From Schmidtea polychroa (lineage: Eukaryota), in contig CM097885.1 of assembly GCA_044892525.1 (NCBI GenBank), forward strand, positions 52,454,001 to 52,518,000: 64,000 nt of DNA, written 5' to 3'. The notes beneath the pieces were generated by a model. It was not told where the DNA came from. It did not search any database and worked only from the letters and a program-made list of their open reading frames with translations. Numbering within the stretch: the first letter of the stretch is position 1; every line of letters begins with the position of its first letter. The position numbers and the translations under genes were made by a program. This document shows, piece by piece, positions 27,101-40,077 of this stretch.

Positions 27101-28315
27101 TAAATAGATCATTAACCCTAAACGACTTAATAAAACAGTGGATAATTAATAAAAACTTGTTCTAAAACATAAATCTAAATTACTGTGCAATAACATTCAT
27201 CACAGCCTAATAAACGATATAATTTCACTTGAATTATTATTAATTCATAGCTAAATACTGACTATTTCCCTTGAAAATTTGATATTTTACCAATAAGAAC
27301 TTTGTCGATTTAAATAGAGATTTCAAAACATGTCCACCTTAACCGATCCCTCACCAAATATTTCTACCATTTTAAACACCCCCTTAAAAATCATATATTA
27401 CCATCTTAACCGAACCTTCACTAAATCCAACCGACTTTAATATATCAATTCTCTTAAAATCCATAGGAAATTCTTCAAAATATGAATTTTATTTAATTGT
27501 TACAAACATTCTTCCATTGAAATAATTTATTATCTAAATTCATGTAGTAAAAGCCCACTAAAAGATCAAAATTCACTAAAATCAATATTTTCTACAAATA
27601 TTTCACCACATTTACCATCAAATACCTAACTAGAGATGAAATATATTGATCATAATTCTTCATCGATTCAGCCAATTATATAGCAATTATAACGTGATAT
27701 ATCTTTCAAAATCACAAATTTCAGTATATTTTACAATAATTTTCAAGTAGATTTCAAATATATCATCATGATAAAATTAGCTGGTTTCAACTTTAGATTT
27801 TCAATATTTAAAAGTTAATCAATATTCGTAGAAAATATATGAAAGAATTATTTAGTCAAAGTCAATATCATTACAAAGTCATCATAAAAATTAAATAATA
27901 ATCACTTGATTATTGTAAAAACTCTAATTATTAACATAACTGTCATTAAAAATAATTTTTATTTAAAATAAAATTTAAAAACAAGTCAATAAAATATAGC
28001 AAATTATCAAGAAATTAATTAAATTTGTCTTAGAAATAACACTAAAACCTTAAATTTTAAAATATACTTTCAATTACTCACAAAAGGGTTAGTAATAATG
28101 TTAGTAAAATCCCGCTAACTCTAAATAATTACCAATGAATTTAATGCTAATTAATAACCTAAAATTTGCCTAAATAAAATCATTAAAACACACCAGTAAC
28201 TTTACGACCAGTACCCTTACGAGCAGTACCAATTGTGAACAGTACCCTTACGAGCAGTACCAATTGTGAACAGTACCCATAGAGGGAGAAAATATCTTGT
28301 CGGATAAACTCAGAG
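24127..28315. mobile_element. Unclassified TA-flanked TIR element X (termini CTC(T/C)..GACAAAATATTTTGTCCCCCTATGGGTAC), with a further terminus at 26159
   Basis: Inverted termini at 24127/26159 and 28315. Interior ~27080-28200 is homologous to the copy at 40078-43718. Confidence 0.55.
24369..25024 (+). pseudogene. Pseudogene with a C-terminal IAP-type C3HC4 RING
   Basis: 24878-25024 reads CSICKENQVSVLYLPCGHVIVCSKCHEKNVHNCQACSTLINEYHTIYM*. There is an in-frame stop just upstream, and CCAAT and TATA at ~24296-24320. Confidence 0.65.
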
Positions 28316-28654
28316 TATATATATATAATAAAACGAATTAACAATAACTCCATCAAATTGAATCTGTCAAATTATCACAAATTTTGATAAAAAATCTAAT
28401 TCTAAAATGGTAAGGAGCGTAAAGTCGAAAGATATTAACTAACACTCTTTGTCCCCTTTTTTACTTTGAAGTTTCATTTTCATTGTATCTTAAATTATCT
28501 TTTAGAATATTTGTTTTTGAAATTGAAATATTTAGTGTAAAATAGTAAATTTAATAATAAATTGCTAATATTACAATATTAATCAAAATTTAAAATATGA
28601 ATTTATCATAATTACTCAGTCAAATACCATTCACGGTTTGTTATGTAATGAAAT

Positions 28655-28895
28655 AATCACCTTAAAATATTTATCGCATTCCTTAATGAATGCTTCAACA
28701 TCATCTCCTCTATGATAATCGTTTGGAAATAGCTTCTTTATGAAGAAATCCATTGACGCGGACGACATATTAGAAGCTGCCAACACATCTTCTAAATTAT
28801 TTTTTAAATCAAGTTCAAAATTAACGACATAATTCCAAATTTTTATTTAAATGAAAAATTGTATAATTTCCAAACAAATTTTCAGCTTTGAATAA
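28655..28895 (-). pseudogene. Gypsy gag N-terminal fragment (part of the inverted duplicate of the host gypsy)
   Basis: Reads DFFIKKLFPNDYHRGDDVEAFIKECDKYFK, homologous to ERLLPKVFCQGDDLEKFIKRCEIYF in gag 53784-54515. Confidence 0.7.
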
Positions 28896-28913
28896 AATAT
28901 TTCAAAAAACCAT

Positions 28914-31900
28914 TGCTGGGGTATCACTCGATTGAATCTGTCCATGGTACTTCTTTTCGCTAAGGGATGATTGTCCACCTCGTATATTATCCGCTTTCGC
29001 CCGTTCAACTCGGAGTAGGACCCCACATAACTTGTCCTCTAACATAGTGCCCGTGAATCGCTCCACGTTGGTACTGCACTATGCAGGCGAGACGCCAGCA
29101 AGCAGGTGAGCTTCTGCCTTAAAACTACTCCTTGCTGAGGCCTCGACTTTTCACTTACGACTGCCGATAGAAGGGCTTACGTCCGTTCTCAGTACACAAC
29201 CGCCTAGCGAAATTTCGTTGAGCACAGATTGGCATTTGTTTACTGGGTCTCTAAAGTTTTTTGCTCGACGTCCTTACTCATAATCAGACTAATCTTGAAA
29301 GGAAAAGAAAACAAAATAGACAATAAGATTTATTGGTTACCATATTATAACACAGAACTTAACCATGCACATTTCAATGTTTTTAATAGGAAGGAGAAAT
29401 ATCACACCAAAGGTAGATGGAGTTTTTGGATATCATTATGAACGCTCACCATGGCCTCTTATTTCTCCCATTCAGTATCGGCGAGTAACTCATCCAGATC
29501 AAAGAACTCGGAGGCGTTCTCCTCCCAAGTTACTCCCGTTGCTGAAATAACTCGTGCTGGGGGCCCGGTAGTTAGGTCTATGGTCGCGTGAGAATCGTCG
29601 ATGCTGGTTGGATTGTCTGTTGAGGAGACGTTCAGCTTTGTAGATGCACGCTCACGCTGTCTCCTTTTGCGCTCAGCACGCGACAACTGCCGACGCTTAG
29701 GCTTTGAGGAGCTGCTGATGACGAGAGGCAGGGCGGAGGTAGAAACGATAGATGGAGTCGTTTTGCTAGTGCCGGTGAAGATCACGTCGGCTGGCTTGGG
29801 CGAGAGCTGAGTCTCTACGCACCCTTTGCAAGACTTTCTAGATGGCGACGACGACCTTGACGAGGTGTCGTGGTGCCTTGGGAAGAGCTGATCGGCTTCG
29901 CTGATAGGAAGTTGGACGATTTGTCGGGTGGCGGCTGCCTGGATATAGACTTTGTGCAGCGCCTCAGACTGCTCCTTGATTAGACTTCTCTGGGCACGGC
30001 TCTCAGAGATTAGAGCGTCCCGGCAATGCTCACTACGATGGAGCTTCTTCTGGGTCTCTTTCATCCGAGCGGGACTGAACCATGTCCCCTCTAGCTCATC
30101 GATCTTTCTTTTGTATTTTCCGATCTGGGTTTGTAAGTCCTTGATGATGGCGTTTTTGTCCGAGCAAGAAAAACAAGGACGTAACGCAGGCTTGGCAGTT
30201 GGTATCATGATAACTATAAAGGCAAATGTGAGAGGTGGAATATACAAGAATCAATTTTAAAATATAGACTCGACTAACTGGCTATTCGCGGGTATTCAAC
30301 GAACACCAAGAAAGAACTCATTTTAACATCCAAATCTATTACTTAGATTTTTACATCACGATCCGACTTAGGTGTGAATTGTCCATTTGACGAATGCGAA
30401 GAAAGATGGTGAAATTCCCCATGTTGGTAAAATGTTTTTAATTTGCAGCCCTCCCTTTGATTTATTCAATTAAGTGATTACGCCAGTAAATTCCTTTAGG
30501 ATTGATATTTAACTCCTACCCTGGGTTCGTATTCACCATTATCCATTTCAAAATTCCTATGTCGTTATTCAAAGAATTTATTTATTTCCCTTTAGACACT
30601 TGGTGTTATCGTTTACTATTTGCAGTGATTAATTATTATGCGTCACGTGTAAGGATCGCATACTCCATTTACCATGAGTATGTACAGCGGCGACGATTGT
30701 CCTTATCACTTAGTTCACTACGCACGGTTGTCGCTTGACCCGAACGGGGATTGATAGTAGATAATCGATTCTGCGAATTCTAATATCTGTTATTATCATT
30801 GGTTGCTCACACTACTTAGCCTGTCATGATATGACAAATCTACCGGTCTAACGTCTGCGAATCGGCAGCTTACCAGATTCATTAGCCAACATATTTATCT
30901 ACTAGTATTCGTCGGGGTGAGAATTCAAATGCATGCGCCCTATGTCAGAACAGTTGTGTGTTACTTATGCAATCTCCCGCCCATATGCAGTACAGATGTC
31001 ACCAACCATGAGTAGATATCGTTCAACAGGAGTTTGTGCACTAGCTCGGGTGACGTAGAAAACTTTGGATATTATCTCACTGCCTGCAAATTCACGCTCG
31101 TCTACAATGTTGAAAATAATTGCTGTAATTCGAAAATTTCTTTATGTTGTGATGCCTCAAGGTTATAAAACAACGAAATCAAATGATATCCTCGAGCCAT
31201 ATTTCCGGGAAAATATTCCGAAGGCGATGCAGAATGGACACTTATTCAGATAGTAAGAATTTACTTCCTGACTGTACTAAATAAAATGTTAAAGTAAATG
31301 TGGTCTTATGTTTTAATTCATTTTCGTATTATGTCACTTATCTGAATGCCACAAAAAATAAATTCTCGACTCCGGCTTATTAGCGAAATTTGTTCATGAA
31401 ATTCAATGCTGGAGTGTCGTAGATGAGTCTACTCTAAGTGTGGTAGTGACGATCAAGATTCGGATTTTCAGATAAGTGTGACTTTCGAATGATGAGATGT
31501 GACGTTGTGAAATAATGAGAAGTGTCAAATTTTTGCGTTTTCCCCAATCACTGTGAAGCATATACATGACTCCCCAAAATTTCGGAATCTGTTACTGAAA
31601 TCAATAAGATATCCTTCTATGAATTTTATGTCACCTTCAGCGATTGGACCCGTGAAGAAGCCTCCACATTTCGGCCCAATCTAGCTGCGTGATTGAAATA
31701 CTCCATGTCCACCGGCTGAGCTCCCGAAGGCACCTCACGCCATTGGAGTATCTCAACTCCACGTGTCTCATTAAATTTAATTCAATCAAATAATGCTTTA
31801 TGAAATAAAAAAATATCCAAATTGTTTGAAAATAATAAATTTATTATAAAATGAAAATATGCTTTAACCAAATAAATCGTTCACTGCATTAAATCATTTA

Positions 31901-32653
31901 TGGGACCAAACGAAGAGAAAATTAAAACTAAGTTAAGAAAACTTTTAATCATTCATTAAATAGGTGTAATTACCATTAACTTCAAAGAATTATAAATAAA
32001 TCATAATAAATAAATCCGGCTTACGCTTGAGTTAGGCTGAATCGCAAACAATGCTCGTAGTCAAAATGAGTCGGTTGTCTCTGGTCCTATGAATCCTTCT
32101 AGTTATTCCTCAGTTACTAGTTGATTTGAGTTGTCGAGTCGCTCGTGAGTTTAGGTTCGCTAATATTTCTGATGCTGGAATTAGTCATGGTAAGTCGTAG
32201 TCGTTTACCTATGAAAATTTTGATTAAACAGTCGTTGGTACAATTGGCACTTACCTATGAAAATTTTGATTAAACAGTAATTTTAATGATTTTGGTGCCC
32301 GTTTATATAGTAAGTTCTTATTTGTGCGGACCAATCAAAATTGAGTACCGCTTATTTTATTAAATTAATTTGCTTTTTCCCTATTTCCTTGGACATTTTA
32401 CTTATTTTTCTATTTTTATTATATCTTTTATTTATTTCTTAAATTCCTTAATATTTATTGCATTTTACACTATTTCTCGTCATTCAATTGTCTTATTTAA
32501 TTTTTCTTATATTTTTTGTTTTAATTCTTATTTCCTAATTATTGTTTTCTTATATCTTATTCTATTTTATTCTTATTTTGGTTTATTTTATTTTTATTTT
32601 AATTTAGTTATCCTTAACCTAATTTCCGAGGTGTTTTCCGATTCAGCCCAACA
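28914..32653. mobile_element. 3.74-kb TG...CA insertion with 4-bp TSD (giant solo-LTR-like, or Ginger-like)
   Basis: Ends TGCTGGG...CCCAACA with CCAT on both sides. The inverted-repeat partner (47940-47977) shows the empty site with a single CCAT. GC-richer than the surroundings. Confidence 0.8.
29459..30247 (-). CDS. Orphan 262-aa ORF (probable ATG at MIPTAK) inside the 3.74-kb element; coiled-coil / basic / acidic-tail protein
   Basis: Long ORF in GC-richer DNA with CxxC, a heptad-like segment, an Arg-rich stretch and an acidic-aromatic C-terminus. A splice-acceptor-like TTTATAG lies just before the ATG. Confidence 0.6.
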   Translation of the reverse strand: MYIPPLTFAFIVIMIPTAKPALRPCFSCSDKNAIIKDLQTQIGKYKRKIDELEGTWFSPARMKETQKKLHRSEHCRDALISESRAQRSLIKEQSEALHKVYIQAAATRQIVQLPISEADQLFPRHHDTSSRSSSPSRKSCKGCVETQLSPKPADVIFTGTSKTTPSIVSTSALPLVISSSSKPKRRQLSRAERKRRQRERASTKLNVSSTDNPTSIDDSHATIDLTTGPPARVISATGVTWEENASEFFDLDELLADTEWEK

Positions 32654-33544
32654 CCATTTATTAAAATTTCGATATTTAAAATATATTTATTTAAAAATGA
32701 TCCGGTTAAAAAGTTTGTTTAATTTAAAAATTTCAGTTTTAAAATTATTTTCAAAGTTATTTTAAATAATCAATTATCATTTAAAATTATCTTAATAATT
32801 TTTTGAAATATTTAACTCTCAGCTGAAAACACCTCACACTGTATTTATAATTTTCAAATAATGTTTATTTGAAAAACGAGTTGAGTTGTTATTTGAGAAA
32901 CTAATAGATCTTTGGAGTCAGATCAGAAGCATCCTGTGTTAGTCGTATACCCACTTACGAACTTAACATTACTAAGGATAATTTTATTACAAAACTAACC
33001 TAACTTAATATTCTCTTCATTAATTAATCTATTTCTGAAATCACTTTTGAACATATTTTTGCTACAAAAGTTAGCTGTTAACCAATTATCGAATAGTATA
33101 GTCATTATTTTAATTTCCTCGTCGCACAAAGCTTACTGAAAATTAGTTAGATGAAGATTTAGTGTGCTATTCAAGGATCTTTGATTTCACTTCTAGATCA
33201 AAAGCCTAGAGCGATTTCACGATCTTGCCTATATAAATTAACATTGTCAATTTTGGTCCACATTTGCTCTACTTACATTTTGGGAGCGTGATGTTGTAGC
33301 ACGATGGCTTCCCAACAGTTTACTTACTCGGGGTGTTCGGACGTTTCGCCTTCCACGTCGCTTTCGTTCACTGCCGCCACGGAAGTCTACCGAATTAACG
33401 ACATTCGAAAGTGTAAGTAGGTAGTTAGTAGCCCGCTGCCGCAATTACCCCCGGTGGGGGGGTCTGCGGCAACTTTTTATTACGCAATTGCGGCAACTCA
33501 AATTTTTTGCTTTCAGGGATTTTTGGTCCAAATTTTTTTTATCA

Positions 33545-34290
33545 CACTATAGAGAGGGGGTCTCCTTGGTCCTGGGATTTTCAATACAAAAAAAAATTTT
33601 TCAATAGAAAAAGCTGGTCTCAATAAAAAAGCATGAAATTTTCAGACTATAGTGAGGGGGTCTCGATGGTCCTGGGATTTTCAATACAAATTTTTTTTTT
33701 CAATAGAAAAATCCGACTACCACTAAAAAAGCCAAGAATTATTCACACTATAGCGAGGGGGTCTCCTTGGTCCTGAGAATTTCAATAGAAAAAGGTGGTC
33801 TTCAATAAAAAAGCATGGATTTTTCTAGGTCAATTCAGGTGGGTCTCGATGGTCCTGGGATTTTCAATACAAAAAGGCGGTCTTCAATAAAAAAGCATGG
33901 TAAATAAAGGTCTCAGGATATTTTCATACAAAAAGGTGGTCTACACTACAAAACAGTGGTAATTTACGGTCTCAGGATATTTTCAATACAAAAATCCGGT
34001 CTTCAATAAAAAAGCATGGTAAATAAAGGTCTCATGATATTTTCAATACGAAAATCCGACTATCATTAAAAAAGCATAGAATATTCAAAGTAAATTCAGG
34101 TGGGTCTCCTTGGTCCTGGGATTTTCAATACAAAAAGGTGGTCTACACTAAAAAACAGTGGTAATTTAAGGTCTCGGGTTATTTTCAATACAAAAATCCG
34201 ATTATCACTAAAAAAGCATGGATTTTTCTAGTTCAATTCAGGAGGGTCTTCTTGGTCCTGAGAATTTCAATACAAAAAGCTGGTCTACAC
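33545..34290. repeat. ~60-bp subterminal repeats of element A (mirrored at ~46250-47050, partial at 21035-21263)
   Basis: Recurrent GGTCTC..GGTCCTGGGATTTTCAATACAAAAA..GGTCT...AAAAAAGCATGG units. Confidence 0.85.
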
Positions 34291-35079
34291 TAAAAAACAT
34301 GGTAAATATTTTAAAATAAAGCAAATTATGGGTCTAAAAATTGAATTACAGTAAATTATAGGCTAAGATTTCTGAATTAAAGTAAATAATGGTCCAAATT
34401 TTTGAATTACAATAAATAAAGGGTCCAAATTTTTGAATTACAATAAATAATGGTCCAAATTTTAAAATTAAAGTAAATTTAGGTTCTAAAAAATTAAATT
34501 AAAGTTAATTAAGGTCCAAATTTTTAAATTAAAGTAAATAATAGGTCTAATAATTGAATTAAAGTAATCAACGGGCTCAACTAAATAAATTAAGGTTCAA
34601 ATTTTAAAATTAAAGTAAATAATGGTTCAAATTTTAATTAAAGTAAATCAAGGTCCACAATTTAAAATTAAAGTAATGAATGGACTCAAATAACTAAATT
34701 AAGGTTCTAAAAAATTAAATTAAAGTTAATTAAGGTCCAAATTTTAAAATTAAGTAATCAATGTTAAAAAATTTTAAATTAAAGTTAAATAAGTAAATTA
34801 AAGTAATAATTTTTAAATAAGCAAATTAAAGTAATGTAATAAGTAAATTAAAGTAAGATTTTTAAATTTATTAACAAAAAGTTGAAATAATAGGTGTTTG
34901 AGAATTGAAATTTTTTAATGAAAATTTTTATGAAATAATTTTTTAAGTTAATTTTCAATGATAATTTTAGATGGAAATTTTTAAGATAATTTTTAATGTA
35001 AATTTTTATGAAATATTTTTCAAAGACAAATTTTAATAATAATTCAACAACAAACCAACAACTTAGTACCAACAACCAG

Positions 35080-35800
35080 TAACTTACGAACATGTATTAA
35101 CAACCAGATACCTACAACTAGTTACTAACAACCAGTTACCTGATACCAAGTACCTACAACTAGTTACTAACAACCAGTTACCTGATACCAAGTACTTACA
35201 ACTAGTTACTAACAACCAATTACCTGCTACCAAGTACTTACAACTAGATACCACGTACTAACTAACTCTCAAACAACTAGATACTTACAACCAATTACCA
35301 GATACCAAGTACTTACAACTAGTTACTAACAAATAGTTACCTGATACTAAGTACCTACAACCACCTAACATGTACTAACAACCAAAAACAAGCAACCAAC
35401 GAACTACCAAGTACCTACCGCCTACCAAGTACATACAACCAACATCAACCAGATACCTACAACTAGATACTATTAACTAGATACCAAGTACCTACAACCA
35501 CCTACCCATTAACTAGCTACCAGGTACCAAGTACTAACAACCAACAACAACCAGGTACTAAACATTATTAACCAACTACTAAGTACCTACAACCAACTAG
35601 CTACCACCTACTAAATACTTACAACCGACAACAACCAGGTACTAAGCATTAATTACCAACTACTAAGTACCTAAAACCACCTAACAAGTACATACAACCA
35701 ACAACAACCAAGTACTAAGCATTATCAACCAAGTACTAACAACTAGATACCAAGTACTAAGCACTGTCAACTAGATACCAAACACTTACAACCAGATGAC
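35080..35800. repeat. C/A-rich degenerate minisatellite (42-bp unit CAACCAGTTACCTGATACCAAGTACCTACAACTAGTTACTAA and derivatives); mirrored at 44745-45480
   Basis: Direct reading; strongly G-poor on the + strand. Confidence 0.85.
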
Positions 35801-36246
35801 CACATGAAATTATTGGTTAAATATGAAAATAAGGATTATATTTAGTTGTTAAGTAAATTATGGTGTAAAATTAAGAAATAAAAAATAATTAGGTAAATTA
35901 AAGTTAAAAATTTTAAATAAATAAATTAAGGTTCAAAATTTAAAATTAAGTAACCAATGGTTCAAATTTTAAATTAAAGCTAAATAAGTAAATTAAAGTA
36001 AGATTTTTAAATTTATTATCAAAAGATTGAATAACCACCAACATTTTTTGAGAAATGTAATTTTTAATGAAAATTTAAATGGAAATTTTTTTTTAAGTTA
36101 ATTTTAAATGTAAAATTTTTTAATGAAAATTTTTATGAAATAATTTTTTAAGTTAATTTTTAATAAAAATTTTAATGGAATAATTTTTAAGTTAATTTCA
36201 ATGAAATATTTTTCAAAGTCAAATGAAAATTTAAATGGAATAATAA

Positions 36247-36328
<82 letters not shown>

Positions 36329-39300
36329 TATAATAATAATTATTATAATAATTATTATAATAATTAAACAGTTACCAACAATCGGTTACTAAATATTTTT
36401 AACTAGGTGCTAACAAATACTTACAACATGATACCATGTACTAACTAACTCTCAAACAACCAAGTAAAAACAACTAACTACTTACACTCAACTAAATATT
36501 CTTTATTGTATTTTATGAATTATATTTTTTTAAATTAATTTTTTATCTGTCTTCAAAAATATGTTTAATTACAATCAGTAGAAAAACCTTTTCATAATGT
36601 CTAAATTTAACAAAAATGATGATTTTCATCAAAAAAAAATGAATAATTGTCAACTCATCACTACGTGGAATTGATGATAATTTAAATTACAATGAAAGAC
36701 TAATGAATTCTAATTTACAAAAGATTCTTCTTTTAAATGATAACTACTGACTTATTATTGCAATGTAAAATCGCATTCAATAAATACTTATTGTTGATCA
36801 GTTTTATTATTTATACTCTGAGTTTATCCGACAGGATGTTTTGACCCCCTAAGGGTACTGGTCGTAAGGGTATTAGTCGTAAAGGTACTATTCGTAAAGG
36901 TACTAGTCGTAGAGGTATTGGTAACACTCAACCACAACCTACCCATTAACTAGCTACTAAGTACTAACCACTAGGTTTCAAACAACAACTGACAGTCACA
37001 TACTAACAACATGATACCAACTACTAACAACCAACAACAACCAGGTACTAAGCATTATCAACCTACAACTATATAACAACAATCAGTAAACAACACTGTA
37101 CCAACTACCAAATATAAGATACCAACAATATAGTATCATCAACCAGTAACTTACGAACATGTATTAACAATCAACAACTATGTATTAACAAATAGATCTT
37201 TAAAAGAAAATACTCTTCACTTGCAATATTGATCACACTCAATCCCACCTACTCATTAATTAACTACCATGTACTAACCACTAGGTTTCAAACAACAAAA
37301 TACTAAACACTTACTACCATGTACTAACAACCACCATCAAAACCCATCGAGAAATTAACAAATATCAACCTACAACTAGATATTTACAACCAGATACCTG
37401 CTACCAAGTACTTACAACTAGATACCAAGTACCAACAATCAACTAACCACACATAAAAATAATAGCAATTAAATACAAAATATTCTTCATCACATACACT
37501 ATCTTCTTATCAAAATCTAAAAAGTCAACCAACTACTTACAACCAACAACTATGTACTATCAAATTGATCTTTAAAAGAAAATACTCTTCTTTTGAAAAA
37601 TTGGATGAAAAATTAATTGACCTCAAGGCAGTTTTAAGATATTTGAACTCAAGGCATCAATAACTTGGTAAAAATTGATTAAATTATTGTAAAAATTTAA
37701 ATTATTCAAAATATACTAAATAAAAAAATATAATTAATGGACAAGAAAGAACATTAAATTTGAATCATTAAGTCACTTGCAAGATTTGTAAGATACTGGA
37801 TAGTAAATAAAAAAAATACTGATCATTCAAGTTGAATCAACTAAGATAATAAATTAATAAGATAAGATTTAGTAGATAATTGATTTAGATTGAATAAATT
37901 AATTTAAATAAAATTAATTTTAATTATTATTTTTTAAAAGTAATACATGTACTCAAATTGATTGACTGATTTCTCAAAATATTCAAAGAATTCAGTAGGA
38001 ATTCATTAAAATTATCAATGCCATCAATCTACAATAAAAATAATTATCATTAAATTCCAAAAGAGACTAGATAACTAATGATAACATCTAATAAACCAGT
38101 AAATTCATTTAAATGACAATAATCGGTATATCCAAATGAATTCTCCAATAAAATCATCTAAAAAGAATCATTTGCCCCTAAATATATCAATATTTAAAGA
38201 TTGGTATTTTAATGATAAATACTTGTTAAAGATCATATATTCACCTCAAACTAACAAGATTCCTTAAAATCCCTTAAATGACTATATTTCTACCCTTAAT
38301 CCATATTATTACAAATAATTCACTAAAATCATCTAAAAATCATCAAATTTTCCTGAAATAACTCTATCTTTAAAGATTAGTATTTTATCGATAAATATCC
38401 TTAAAAGATTATATATTTACCTCAGACTAATAAGATTCCTTAAAATCCTTTTAAATGACTAATTCCTATTATCACGAATATTTTCCTATAAAACATGTAA
38501 AATAATTTGATCATTAACCCTAAATAATTTATAAAATCTAATGATAAAACCGGTTATAATAAAATTTTTGTTAATCACTGTAAATTTTTGTAAATCACTG
38601 TACTCGAAATTTAAAATAAATATAACTGGCTAGGTCCCATTGAAAGATTAAATTTATCCATTCAATAAATTAACTTTTTTCAAATGGTCAACTTTTGTCG
38701 TTGTCCGTCTAAATAAAGATAAAAATAATTTAAAGTTGAAGTTAATCCCAATTATCTGTAAAGTTTTCATTGTCAAAACCAAGTAAATCGATCATTATCC
38801 CTACTTAATAAACCATAAATCTAAATTAATATACAATGGATTAATCACAACCTAATAAAACGATATAATTTCACATTATTATTGATTCATAACTGAATAA
38901 TTGCAATTTCCCATAAAACATTGATATTTTACCAACATCACCCTTAAAATATCATATATTCCCACCTTATCTGATCTCTCATTAAATCTAACCGACTATA
39001 TCTCCTCAAAAGATCATATTTTCCCATCTTAACTCATCTCTCATTAAATTTAACCGACTATATCCCCCCATAAAAACATATATTCCCATCTAAACCCATC
39101 TCTCATTAAATTTAACCGACTATATCCCTCTTACAACGAAATATTCCCATCTTAACCGATCTCTCAGTAAATATTTCTACCACTTTAAACTTCAATATCT
39201 AACCAACTATATCCATTGAGGTTATATCCCCTTTAATTCAGTCAATCATCTAAAAATCCTTAGAGAATTCTTCAAAAATATGACTTTTCATTAACTGTTA

Positions 39301-40077
39301 AATTCATAAATTTAATAAAAAAAACTTTTAAAACAAATATTTGTGGGGAATAATTAATCAAAATCGGGGGGATATTAGTGATTAATTAATGGAAAATAGA
39401 GAATCGGGGAATATAAGTGAATAATTAATGGAAAATCGGGAGGATATAAGTGATTAAATAGTGGAAATTCGGGGGGGGCATATTAGTGATAATAATTAGT
39501 GGAATATTGAGAATTGGTGGAATATAAGTGAGAAGGATATGTAATTTAAACTAGTTTATTACATAACAACCCGCGACTATTTTATTACATAACAAGCTGT
39601 ATTTTACCAACATTTTACCAAATTGTTAAAGTATGTAATTTAATTTTAATTATATTTTTAAATTTTATATATTTTCAATAGCATTCAATTGTTCTATTCC
39701 AATAATAAGTTTAAAAAGTATATGATTAATAAATTAATAATAAATTTATGAATTTTATGAAATAATTTTAAATAAATTCAATTAATATATTTGCATTTTT
39801 ATCAACCTTCTTCTTATCTATGCCACTTCTCATTATTTACCTCCTATGACCATTAATGAATTATTCTACCAATTATTTTCACCCATTTGAATTTATCATC
39901 GAGTAATGAATAATTTCCTCACTATAATGATTCTTACCACCTTCATTGTTAATTTTATCAAAATTTAAAGAATATTTCTCTTTTCATTTTACATTGCTTA
40001 CCACATTAGAATTTTTATCGAAATTATGATAATTTGACTAATTCAATGAAAAATTTGAATAAGTTAATTAATATATA

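Larger units (their letters stand above)
32654..39300. repeat. Left arm of a large inverted duplication (partner 41234-47962)
   Basis: Near-identical reverse complement over ~6.65 kb; mirrored ORFs (33247/47172, 34848/45447, 36201/44142). Confidence 0.95.

Noticed and set aside
33247..33444. 65-aa ORF duplicated at 47172-47369 (and 20912-21112)
   Set aside because: Non-ATG start, straddles an element/flank junction, and is duplicated only because of the inverted repeat.
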